From Gaiellaceae bacterium (GTDB lineage: Bacteria > Actinomycetota > Thermoleophilia > Gaiellales > Gaiellaceae), in NCBI GenBank assembly GCA_035653115.1, contig DASRCL010000005.1, positions 32,376 through 96,375 of the forward strand: DNA of 64,000 bases. The letters run 5' to 3'. The notes below the pieces were generated by a model. That model saw nothing but the letters and a program-made list of their open reading frames with translations, ran no database searches and was not told the origin of the DNA. The position numbers were made by a program, and so were the translations under genes. How positions within the stretch are numbered: position 1 is the stretch's first letter; every line of letters begins with the position of its first letter. Positions 43,572 to 52,364 of this stretch are shown here, piece by piece.

Positions 43572-45873
43572 GCGTGAGCGCGCGGTCGCCCGCCGCCGTC
43601 GTCTTGACGACGAGCTCGTGCGGCCGCCCCGGAACCGCCGCCCACCCCGACGCGCGCCCGCGCAGCGCCGACGTCGTCACTCGCGTCAGCAAGGAGCCGC
43701 CGAGCCGGGCGCGACAGACGCGGGCGGGCGCCAGGACGAGGAACTGCTGCTCGCGCAGCGGACGCGACAGGCGGATGACGGTCGCGCCGCACCGGTCGGT
43801 CGCGACGGCGAGGGTCGTCGCCCGGTCGCGGGCCGACGTCGACAGGCCGAGCGCGGGCGCGACGAGCCATCCCTGCCGGTCGCCGCGTTGCAGGTCGTTC
43901 GTGCGCCAGCGCGCGCGCCAAAGCTCGGGCGTGCGCAGGCCGAATGCGATCGCCGAGCCGGCGTGCACGTAGAGCGGGAACGTCGTGGGACCCGACCTGC
44001 GGCGCACGGTCGCGCCGCCGCGCACGCGGCGACCGGTGAAGAAGTCGATCCACGTGCCCCGCGGGAGGTACACCGCCGATACTGGTCGTCGCTCGTGAGC
44101 GGCGCCGCGAGCAGCGCGTCGCCGACGGTGAACTCGCCGTCGTGTGACCACGCGCGCGGGTCGCCCGGCCACGTGAGCCCGAGCGGGCGGACGACGGGCA
44201 GCGCCGTCGTCGTCGCCTCGCGCGCGAGCTCGTACAGGTACGGCACGAGCTCGTAGTGGAGCGTCGCCGCGGCCGCGAACTGCGAGACCGTGTCCGCCCC
44301 GAAGTTCCAGAAGGTCGCGTTCTCGCCCCCGCCGCCGACCTCGAAGATCGGCGTCAGCGCCGCGAACTGCGCCCAGCGCACGAACACCGTCGGGGTCAGC
44401 GACCCGCCGACGTAGCCGCCGACGTCGGAGCCCCAAACGACCGCGCCCGTGAAGCCTTCCGTCTGCGCCGCCCGAATTGCGCCGCTCAGGCCGGTGTACG
44501 TCTGCGGCTCGTCAGGTCCGACCGCGCCGGGAAGCAGCGGCCCTGCGCCGTAGCCGAACGTGCGGTCGAGTGTCGCGTACGCCGCGCCGCGAGTTCCGGC
44601 GAACGCCTGTCGGATCGACTCCGCGTACAGCCGCGTGTACGCGTTCTGCATCGTCGTCCCGCTTCCGCCGACGAGCCGGTCGGGCTCGAGGTTGATCTCG
44701 TCGCCGCGGTCGCCCTTGAAACCGTCGACGCCGAGCGCGACGAGTCGGCGCAGGTCGCGCGTGAACTCGGCACGCTCGCCGGGGTTCGAGAGGTCGCGCA
44801 CGAAGACTCTGTCGTTGCCGGTCAGGTACCCGTCCGGAAGCGACGGCACGGGGCAGGGGCCACGCGCGATCTGCGGCGAGATCCAGAGCATGAAGCGGAC
44901 TCCGAGCCGGTGGATGCGCGCGATCGTCGCCTTCGGGTCCGGGTACGCCGAACGGTCGAACGTGAGCGACCCGTAGCAGCCGTGCGCCGCGCCCTGTTCC
45001 CATGGGTTGTCGAGGAGGATCCAGCCGATCGGGAGGTTGCGCGAGCGAAGCTGGTGGACGTCGTCGAACAGGTCGCCGCGGGCCGGCGACGACATCGCGC
45101 CACTTGATCAGCGCGAACTGCGGCAGCCACGGGGGTCGCGGAAAGGCGGTGGCGGCCGCGTGAGTCCGAACGAGCTGCGTCAGCGAGCCGAACGCGACGT
45201 CGAACGCGACCGCAGCCTGCTTCAGGCAGACGCGCACCGCGGCGACCGGCGGCCCGACACTGCACGGCGGCGAGCCGAGATCGCAGGCGAACGTCGAGTC
45301 GTCGACCGCACCGGGAAACGCGATGCGTCCGACGCCGTCGGACTCGATCCAGCTGCCGAAGCCGGCCGTGGACGCGTAGAAGGTCGTCGGCGACGAGCTC
45401 GCGCAGTCGTTGTAGACCTTCAACGGGACGACAGTCGAGCGCATGTCGACCCAGCGCTGGCGCTCGCCCGTGCCGAGGAAGTGCGCCGACGACGACGCAC
45501 GCAGCGTGTAGCCGAGCGCCGCGACGCCGTCGGGGCGGTCGAGCGCGTACGACAATTGCAGCCCGCGCCGCGTCACACGCACCGTCACGCGCGCCGTGCG
45601 GGCATGCTCGTCCGTCGCGACGGTGAGGACGGGCTCTGCGCGCGACTGCCGTTCTGCGACGACGCGCGTCAACCGGTGCTGCACCCCCGCAGCGGTCACG
45701 TACGTGAGCGGTGCGTCGCCGCCGAGCGACGTGACGACACGGTCGTCGTGGAGCAGGTCGATCCGAAACGGGGACGACGTGACGCGCCACGGCGCGCTCG
45801 GGTGCGGCTGGTGCGCCCGGACGAGGACGAGCGCGACGAGGGCGGCCGCGACGACGGCGAGCGGCTTGACCAC
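43555..45873 (-). pseudogene. glycoside hydrolase family 31, disrupted by two frameshifts (or two sequencing errors)
   Basis: Three consecutive track ORFs in different frames together make one GH31-like protein. 44512..45873 has a signal peptide MVKPLAVVAAALVALVLV and runs to PPWLPQFALIKWRDV. 43686..45095 runs from LFDDVHQLRSRNLPIGWILLDNPWE through VDGFKGDRGDE to ALLAAPLTSDDQ. 43555..44436 reads VSAVYLPRGTWIDFFTG onward. The frame switches lie near 45080-45100 and 44075-44090. Confidence 0.8.
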
Positions 45874-45918
45874 GCACAGACGGCGGCCGTCCGCGCCGGC
45901 GCCTGCGCCTGCGCCGAG

Positions 45919-46089
45919 CTAGACCCAGTAGTAGACCGCGAGCGTCACGCCGAGCGCGAGGCCGACGATGACGCCGAGGCCGAGCAGGATCGCCGCGAGC
46001 ACGATCACGAGCGCGGCGGGCTGGTAGCCCTCGCTGGCGATCTCCTGGAGGTGGTGCTCCTCCGCGATCAGCCGCTGTCCGATCGTCAT
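45919..46089 (-). CDS. small membrane protein (56 aa), hypothetical
   Basis: ATG 46089 gives MTIGQRLIAEEHHLQEIASEGYQPAALVIVLAAILLGLGVIVGLALGVTLAVYYWV, with one clear TM helix. The upstream part of the track ORF is Arg/Thr-rich and was rejected. Confidence 0.55.
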   Translation of the reverse strand: MTIGQRLIAEEHHLQEIASEGYQPAALVIVLAAILLGLGVIVGLALGVTLAVYYWV

Positions 46090-46132
46090 GTGCTGATTGT
46101 GGCGTATCGCCGGCGCGACACGCAAGGCCCGT

Positions 46133-46951
46133 TCAGCCGGCGGGGGCGAGCGCGAACACGTTGCCCGAGGGGTCGCGCGCGGTGCCGTCGTCGTCCGCGC
46201 CGACACGCGACGCGAACTCCCGGCGCGTCGCCTCGTCCGGCAGGACGATCGTGAAGCCGAGCAGGCGCGCCGTGTCGGTCGGAGCCGGCGCGGCGCCGCG
46301 GCTCTCCCACGTGTTGGCGCCGAGATGGTGGTGGTAGCCTCCGGCGGAGAGGAACGCCGCCTGGTGCCCGAGCTCGGCCATCAGGTCGAACCCGACGACG
46401 CCGGCGTAGAACGAGACCGTGTCGTCGATCGCCGCGACGCGCAGGTGGACGTGCCCGACCCGCGTGGCGGGGGGCTGGCGTTCGAACTCGTCGCCGCCGT
46501 CGAGCTCGCCGAGCAGGTCGTCGAGGTCGAGGGGCCAGGTGCCCATCCGCTGCACCTGTCCTTCCCACCGCGCGCGCGGGCGGTCCCAGTAGATCTCGAT
46601 CCCGTGGTGGTCCGGGTCGCGCAGGTAGATGGCCTCGCTCACGAAGTGGTCCGACGCGCCGACGAGCGGAACGCGCGCGCGGGCGGCGTGGGCCAGCCAG
46701 CGCGCGAGGTCACGGCGCTCGGGGAGCAGCAGCGCGACGTGGTACAGCCCCGCGTACCCGTCGGCCGGCCGCGCACCCGGCTGCTCGACGAGATGGAGGA
46801 GCTCCGTCGCGTCCGCACCGAAGCTTGCCTCGCCGCCGCCCTCGTCGATCACGTCGAGCCCGATCGCGTCGCGGTAGTACGCAAGCGAACGGCGCAGGTC
46901 GGCCACGCTCAGGTGCACCGCGCCCATGTGGGTGTCGGCGGGCAGCGACAT
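46133..46951 (-). CDS. VOC family protein, two-domain catechol-2,3-dioxygenase-like
   Basis: ATG 46951. Two glyoxalase/VOC modules are present: GAVHLSVADLRRSLAYYRDAIGL ... YHVALLLP, and VGHVHLRVAAIDDTVSFYAGVVGF ... GGYHHHLGAN. Confidence 0.82.
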   Translation of the reverse strand: MSLPADTHMGAVHLSVADLRRSLAYYRDAIGLDVIDEGGGEASFGADATELLHLVEQPGARPADGYAGLYHVALLLPERRDLARWLAHAARARVPLVGASDHFVSEAIYLRDPDHHGIEIYWDRPRARWEGQVQRMGTWPLDLDDLLGELDGGDEFERQPPATRVGHVHLRVAAIDDTVSFYAGVVGFDLMAELGHQAAFLSAGGYHHHLGANTWESRGAAPAPTDTARLLGFTIVLPDEATRREFASRVGADDDGTARDPSGNVFALAPAG

Positions 46952-47069
46952 CAGACGGTCGCCGCACCGGCGTCGGGCGCCGCTTGCGGCCGCATCGGCC
47001 GATCGTAGTGCAAACTCGTTCAATCGTTCGACAACGCGCCCGAGTGCAGGCATTTCCTAGAGTGCCGCG

Positions 47070-47447
47070 GTGACCCCGGACCCGGTCCGCGTCCTGATCG
47101 TCGACGACCACGACGTGTTCGCGGGCGCGCTCGAGGCGCTGCTCGACCGCTGCGCCGACATCAGCGTCGTGGGCGTCGCGCACGACGGCGCCGAGGCCGT
47201 CGAGCTCGCCGACAGCGCCGAGGCGGACGTCGTGCTGATGGACCTCTCGATGCCGGTGCTCGACGGATTCGAAGCGGCGCGCCGCCTGCGCGAGCGTCGG
47301 GCCGCGCTGACGGTGATCGCGCTCACGGGGCATGCACAGGAGGAGGTCGCGGACCGCCTGCGCGAGCACGGGATGACGTACCTCAGCAAGGACCTGGTGC
47401 ACGAGCACGTCATCGACGCCATTCGCGCGGCCGTCCAGCAGCATTGA
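47070..47447 (+). CDS. stand-alone response-regulator receiver domain protein
   Basis: 125 aa. Contains VLIVDDHD (acidic pocket), VVLMDLSMPVLDG (phospho-Asp), VIALTGH and YLSKD (conserved Lys). No output domain is present. Confidence 0.88.
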   Translation: MTPDPVRVLIVDDHDVFAGALEALLDRCADISVVGVAHDGAEAVELADSAEADVVLMDLSMPVLDGFEAARRLRERRAALTVIALTGHAQEEVADRLREHGMTYLSKDLVHEHVIDAIRAAVQQH

Positions 47448-48019
47448 CCGCGCGCAACGACGACCCGGCGGCGCGCGAGCGCGAGCTCGCCGAGTGGGAG
47501 GCGAGACTCGAGCGGCGCCGCCGCTTCGCCGTCCGCGTCGAGGAGGCGGCGCGCACGGTGTTCGCCGAGCGGCAGGCGGAGCTGGAGCAGCGCGAGGCCG
47601 AGCTTGCTCGGCGGGAGCGCGAGCTGGAGGCCGAGCGCGCGCGGGCCGACCGGGTTGCGCATGAGCAGGAGGCGCGCGCCGAGCCGGAGCCGCCCGCCAA
47701 GCCGGAGCCGGCCGCGCCCGCCGAGCCGGAGCAGGAGGCGCGCCCCGAGCCGGAGCCGGCCGCGCCCGCCGAGGCGGAGCCGGAGCCGGCGGCCGGGCCG
47801 TCGGCCGTCGCGCCCGACGACTGGGGCGACCCGGCCGCCGGCCGCTGGCGCTTCGCGCGACTCGAAGCCGCGGCTGCCGGCGTCGGCGACCCCGCGCGCG
47901 CGGAGGAGCTCGGCTTCTACCTCGAGGCGCTGCGCCCGCTCGTCGAACGGGACGGACTGCTCCCGGCGAACGTCGACCCGGTCGTCGACGAGGCCTTCGG
48001 CGACCTGCTGCCCCGCTAG
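47444..48019 (+). CDS. hypothetical coiled-coil protein with Pro/Glu/Ala-rich linker
   Basis: The TTG start forms a TTGA overlap with the receiver gene. An N-terminal E/R-rich helical region (ELAEWEARLERRRR..ELEQREAELARRERELEAER) is followed by PEPAAPAE repeats and a ~70-aa C-terminal domain. Confidence 0.6.
   Translation: MTARNDDPAARERELAEWEARLERRRRFAVRVEEAARTVFAERQAELEQREAELARRERELEAERARADRVAHEQEARAEPEPPAKPEPAAPAEPEQEARPEPEPAAPAEAEPEPAAGPSAVAPDDWGDPAAGRWRFARLEAAAAGVGDPARAEELGFYLEALRPLVERDGLLPANVDPVVDEAFGDLLPR
47701..47773. repeat. in-CDS direct repeat (25 nt x2, 48-nt period) encoding PEPAAPAE
   Basis: GCCGGAGCCGGCCGCGCCCGCCGAG occurs at 47701..47725 and again at 47749..47773. Confidence 0.8.
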
Positions 48020-48028
48020 ACGACCGCC

Positions 48029-48367
48029 TCAGTACCGGTCGAGCTCGACCAGCCGGTCGTCGTCGATGCCGAAGTGGTGCGCGATCTCGTGCAGCACCGT
48101 CCGCCGCACCTCCGCCGCGAGCCGCGCCGGGTCGCGGCCGTAGGCGCGCTCGAGCGGGCCCCGGAAGATCGTGATCTTGTCCGGCAGGCGGCCGCTGTCG
48201 AAGTGCGTCCGTTCCGGCAGCGGAACGCCCTGGTAGAGACCGAACAGCCGCTCGCCGGGCGGCGGCTCGTCCTCGACCACGACCGCCACGTTCGCCATCC
48301 CCTGCTGCAGCGGCGCGGGCAGCGAGTCGAGCGCGTCCGCGATCGCGTCGTCGAAGACGTCGGCCAC
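48029..48367 (-). CDS. metallopeptidase family protein (zincin, HExxH)
   Basis: GTG 48367. 112 aa ending in VLHEIAHHFGIDDDRLVELDRY (HEIAHH motif). The size and layout match the small Zincin_1 / DUF1025-type family. Confidence 0.78.
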   Translation of the reverse strand: MADVFDDAIADALDSLPAPLQQGMANVAVVVEDEPPPGERLFGLYQGVPLPERTHFDSGRLPDKITIFRGPLERAYGRDPARLAAEVRRTVLHEIAHHFGIDDDRLVELDRY

Positions 48368-48384
48368 AGCCGCGTTCCTCCGCC

Positions 48385-49020
48385 CTACGCGATCACGCGG
48401 TAGACCTGGAACACCTCGGCGTACTCGCGATTCACGTTGATGCCGTGCGTGCGCGCGACGCTCCACACGTATTCGGAGTTCGCGTAGCGGCGGTGCTGCT
48501 GCGACGCGTACTTCTCGAGCGCGGCGACCTTGCGCTCGACGTGGCGGCGGTCGCAGGTGAAGTACGCCTGGTAGGAGAAGTCGAGGTTGTTCCACGGGAT
48601 CTCGTAGCCGAGCACCGTCGTCCGCTTGAACGCACGAAGGCCCTCGCTCGCGATCGTCTGGTGATCCTGGTGCACGTCGTGGAGCGACGGCTGGAACACG
48701 CAGTCGGGCCGCCAGTCGTTCCAGATCTCGATCAGCAGCTCGAGGATCTCCTGGCGGTGCTCCGGGAACGTGCGGACGTCGAAGTCGTGCACCGTCAGGT
48801 TCGCCGGCGGGATGCCGAGCTCCGCGGTCGCCTCGCGCACCTCGCGCGCCAGCGTGTCCGGCGCGAAGCCCTCCGGCAGCGACCGCGTGGCGATCGAGAA
48901 CGCGACGTAGCGCACGTCGGCGCCCGCCTCGACGAGCCGCGCCATCGTCGCGCCGCAGCCGAACTCGCCGTCGTCGGTGTGCGGCGCGAGCACGAGCGCG
49001 CGCTCGATCGACTGGATCAC
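48385..49020 (-). CDS. PIG-L / LmbE family N-acetylglucosaminyl deacetylase
   Basis: GTG 49020 forms a GTGA overlap. Contains LVLAPHTDDGEFGCG (PHxDD motif) and HDVHQDHQ (HxDH motif). Confidence 0.88.
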   Translation of the reverse strand: MIQSIERALVLAPHTDDGEFGCGATMARLVEAGADVRYVAFSIATRSLPEGFAPDTLAREVREATAELGIPPANLTVHDFDVRTFPEHRQEILELLIEIWNDWRPDCVFQPSLHDVHQDHQTIASEGLRAFKRTTVLGYEIPWNNLDFSYQAYFTCDRRHVERKVAALEKYASQQHRRYANSEYVWSVARTHGINVNREYAEVFQVYRVIA

Positions 49021-50474
49021 GTGCGGCCTTCCGGCGGCACGAGCACGTCGGCGCGGACGCCGACGACGATCAGCGCGAGCAGCGCCCACGTCGTCGGGTC
49101 CTCGAAGAACGCGTTGTACGCCTGGCTGTGCACGAGGATCGCGGCGAAGGCTAGTCCGAACGCGAGCCGCGCACTTCCCGCGAAACCCGCACCGAGGCGG
49201 CGGAATGCGAGCGCGAGCGTCGCGACCACGAGCCAGAGGAAGATGAGCAAGCCCGGAACTCCGACCTCGGCGAACTGGGTGACGATCGTCGTGTGCGACG
49301 GTCGGCCGCCGCGCGTGTGCGCCTCCTCGGCGTCCGCCTTGCGGAACCCGCCGACGCCCACGCCGAGCAGCGGGTGGTGCACGCCGATCTTGACGCCGCG
49401 CGAGACGAGCGTCGACCGGCCGCTCGTCAGGTTGGAGAGCGAGGAGGACGTCTTCCCGCTGATGCGGTGGCGCACCTGCGGCGAGCCGACGCCTGCGACC
49501 ACGAGCGCGAGCACGGCCGCGCCGATCAGGAACAACGATCGCTTGCGCCAGGCGAGGATCGCGCCCAGCAGCGTCGCCACGATCAACGAGACAAACGACG
49601 ACTGCGAGAACGACACGAGCAGGCCGACCCACGTGATCCCCGCCGCGAGCGCCGCCGCGACGAGCCAGAGCGGGTCGGCGCGCCTGCGCAGGAACACGAC
49701 GACCGTGGCGAGCAGCGCGACGACGAGGAAGCGCCCGTAGATCGACGGGTCATAGAAGACCGAGTTGACGCGGTAGAACCACCCGCTCGGCGCGTAGGCG
49801 TTGTCGACGCGCACCTTCGGGTTCCAGAAGATCTCGCGCGTCTCGTACTGCACGATCCCGACGACGGCGAAGACGAGCGCCATCGCCGTCAGCTGCAGGT
49901 AGAGCGTCAGCACCCAGAAGCGCGACCACGCGAGCCGCGCGAGCGCAACCGCGAGCAGCCCGAACGGCAGGACGAAGAAGAGGAGCTCGATCGATCCCTG
50001 CCGCAGGTCCTTCGTCCACAGGATCGACAGCCCCTCCCACGCGACGAACACCGCCGCGGGCGCGGCGAGCGGGCCGAGCTCCCGCGTGCGCCGGTCGTCG
50101 CCGAACAGCTCCCACGCGAGCGCGAGCGCCGCCACCGCGACGACGCCGTACATCGGCAGCAGGAGGTTCGCCTGCGCGTGCCCCACGTGCACCGGGAACC
50201 GCGCCGGCACGCAGGCGAGCGTCGCGACGGCGAGCAGCCACGGCACGCGCACGACGATCCACGCGCCGGCGGCGGCGAGGATCACACCGACGACCGCGGC
50301 CGCCGCGAACAGGCGGTGGTGGCCGTGGGGCGCGAGGTAGACGGCGAGCAGCAGGCAGCCCAGCGCCCACGCCGCGAGGCCGCCGATCCGCGCGTCGCGC
50401 CTCGGCGCGACGAGCAGCGCTGCGAGCCCGAACGCCGCAATCACGCCGCCTGCCTGCGCGAGGTGCGCCGTCAC
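49017..50474 (-). CDS. O-antigen ligase family membrane protein (second copy in the window)
   Basis: GTG 50474 forms a GTGA overlap. 485 aa with about 12 TM segments. The periplasmic loop WNPKVRVDNAYAPSGWFYRVNSVFYDPSIYG is followed by LLVSFSQSSFVSL and GVGVGGF. Confidence 0.75.
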   Translation of the reverse strand: MTAHLAQAGGVIAAFGLAALLVAPRRDARIGGLAAWALGCLLLAVYLAPHGHHRLFAAAAVVGVILAAAGAWIVVRVPWLLAVATLACVPARFPVHVGHAQANLLLPMYGVVAVAALALAWELFGDDRRTRELGPLAAPAAVFVAWEGLSILWTKDLRQGSIELLFFVLPFGLLAVALARLAWSRFWVLTLYLQLTAMALVFAVVGIVQYETREIFWNPKVRVDNAYAPSGWFYRVNSVFYDPSIYGRFLVVALLATVVVFLRRRADPLWLVAAALAAGITWVGLLVSFSQSSFVSLIVATLLGAILAWRKRSLFLIGAAVLALVVAGVGSPQVRHRISGKTSSSLSNLTSGRSTLVSRGVKIGVHHPLLGVGVGGFRKADAEEAHTRGGRPSHTTIVTQFAEVGVPGLLIFLWLVVATLALAFRRLGAGFAGSARLAFGLAFAAILVHSQAYNAFFEDPTTWALLALIVVGVRADVLVPPEGRT

Positions 50475-51433
50475 GCGACCACCACGGTGCAGCGCGCCGC
50501 GTGACCGGCCGCGAACACGTAGAGGTGGAACCTGCCGCGCCGCTTCGGGGCGCGGAACCGCAGCGTCCCGCTGCGCTCGACGCCGCTGCGCCCGGCGAGC
50601 TTCCAGCGGACGGAGGGCGCGTCGGTCGACACGCGCACGAAGAAGGTCGCGCCCGGCCCGACGACCACGCGCGACCGCGCGAGCACGACGTACCGCACCT
50701 GGATGATCGCGAACGGGTACGGCGTCGAGACGTTCCCCGCCGTGTCCTGCGCGGCGGCATAGAGCACGTACAGCCCGGGCCGCACCGGACGCGGCGGATG
50801 CCCGAGCTCGCCGTTCCACGTGAGCTTCCCGGCGAGCGGCTGGAAGCGCGTGTACTCGACGAGATGCCCGCGCTCGTACAGAACCGCGTGCGCGGGCTCG
50901 CTCAGACGGTACGTCGTCGTGAACGAGTCGTGGTGGTGGTCGCCGTCGGGCGAGATGATCGCGTGCTGCGGCTTGCGGACGTGGATCACGGGCGGCTTCG
51001 TGTCGACCGTGATCGGGTTCGGCAGCTCGATCGTCCGGTGCGAGTTCTCGAGCTTCACGACCGGCTTGTACTCGCCGTCCGGTACCGCGAGCCCCGCGTC
51101 GCCGAGGCCGTCCCAGACGAGGTCGAGCCCGTGGTGCGCGGGGACGGTGACCGGAGGCTGCAGCATGCGCACGCGCCGTCCGCGGGCGTCGACGAGCCAG
51201 ACGGTGACACGCTCGCGCACGCGGAGGCGAAAGCGGATGTGCGCCGTCAGGTGCGCGTTCCGCGCGTGCCGCGGCAGCGCCTTCGCCGCCGGCGAGAAGA
51301 CGGGCGGCGACGGGTCGACGTGCGTCGCGTAGATCGGCGAGCGCTCGAGCTTGGCGCCCTCGGTTACGGCAAAGGCCGCCGCGGTCGCCGCGAGCAGCGC
51401 GAGGACGACCCCCGTCGACAGGACCCGAGCCAC
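50471..51433 (-). CDS. membrane-anchored/secreted protein with Ig-like beta-sandwich repeats (FlgD-Ig-like, tentative)
   Basis: N-terminal anchor MARVLSTGVVLALLAATAAAFAV. Two repeats follow, of the type WDG.....VP.GEYKPVV and WNGELG......PGLYVLYAAAQDTAGN. Confidence 0.6.
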   Translation of the reverse strand: MARVLSTGVVLALLAATAAAFAVTEGAKLERSPIYATHVDPSPPVFSPAAKALPRHARNAHLTAHIRFRLRVRERVTVWLVDARGRRVRMLQPPVTVPAHHGLDLVWDGLGDAGLAVPDGEYKPVVKLENSHRTIELPNPITVDTKPPVIHVRKPQHAIISPDGDHHHDSFTTTYRLSEPAHAVLYERGHLVEYTRFQPLAGKLTWNGELGHPPRPVRPGLYVLYAAAQDTAGNVSTPYPFAIIQVRYVVLARSRVVVGPGATFFVRVSTDAPSVRWKLAGRSGVERSGTLRFRAPKRRGRFHLYVFAAGHAARCTVVVA

Positions 51434-51448
51434 GAGCCGCCGATTCTC

Positions 51449-52315
51449 TCAGAGGCTGTCGGGCGCGAGGCGGCGTGTCCGCAGGTGCAGCGCGCCCCAC
51501 ACGACGAAGCCGGCGACCGCGACGGCGAGGCCGACCTCGATGATCTGCGTCGCCGCGGGGACGCCGAGCAGCTTGATGCCGGAAAGCACGAGCACGACCG
51601 CGAACGCGACGCGAAGCGCGCGCTCGGGAACGCGCACCGAGAGGTGCGAGCCGAGCAGGACGCCCGGAATCGACCCGATCAGCAGCCAGCCGATCGCGTG
51701 CAGGTCGACGTTGTGGTGGATCAGGTGCCCGAAGCCGGCGACCCAGAGAAGAAGCGCGGCGTGCAGCATGTCGGTGCCGACGATCCGCCGCGCGGTGAGC
51801 GGGTAGACGAGCAGCATCGCGAGGCCGAAGAAGGTGCCCGAGCCGACGGAGGTCAGGCCGACGACGAAGCCGCACGTCGCGCCGATCAGGATCGCGAGGA
51901 TCTTGTCGCGCGCCGTCAGGTGCAGCGGCGCGTCGCCGGTGTAGCCGCGCAGGAACGTCTTGACGGCGAAGCCGACGCCGCCTGCGACGAGCGCCCCGCC
52001 GACGATCTGGCCCATCTTCGACGTCGTCGCGTCGGAGAACGAGCTCGCGATCTGCACGCCGACGAGGGAGAGCGGGCCCGAGCCGGCGAGCATCCACAAC
52101 GCAAGCGGCACGTGGACGTTGCCGAGCTGCCGGTGGCGCCAGGCGCCGAAGGACTTGAAGACCGCGCCGTGGAGAATGTCCGTTCCGACCGCGGTCTTGG
52201 GGTCGAAGCCGAACAGCAGGATCAGCATCGGCGTCATCAGGCTGCCGCCGCCCATGCCCGTCATCCCGACGAGGATCCCGACGGCGAGCCCGGCGATGAC
52301 GAACTGCCAGGTCAC
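51449..52315 (-). CDS. TauE/SafE family sulfite/sulfonate exporter
   Basis: 288 aa with about 8 TM segments. GLAVGILVGMTGMGGGSLMTPMLILLFG is the typical TauE/SafE N-terminal motif, and an internal repeat is present (GFVVGLTSVGSGTF). Confidence 0.85.
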   Translation of the reverse strand: MTWQFVIAGLAVGILVGMTGMGGGSLMTPMLILLFGFDPKTAVGTDILHGAVFKSFGAWRHRQLGNVHVPLALWMLAGSGPLSLVGVQIASSFSDATTSKMGQIVGGALVAGGVGFAVKTFLRGYTGDAPLHLTARDKILAILIGATCGFVVGLTSVGSGTFFGLAMLLVYPLTARRIVGTDMLHAALLLWVAGFGHLIHHNVDLHAIGWLLIGSIPGVLLGSHLSVRVPERALRVAFAVVLVLSGIKLLGVPAATQIIEVGLAVAVAGFVVWGALHLRTRRLAPDSL

Positions 52316-52364
52316 GTGCGACCGCCGCAGCCGCAGGCGCGCACACGCAGAGACTCGGCGCGCG

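Noticed and set aside
43555-45873. The GH31 gene as a sulfoquinovosidase, linking it to the sulfonate module.
   Set aside because: I cannot verify the sulfoquinovosidase-specific residues by eye. The gene is 6 kb away from the sulfonate module and is separated from it by several unrelated plus-strand genes. It is also frameshifted.
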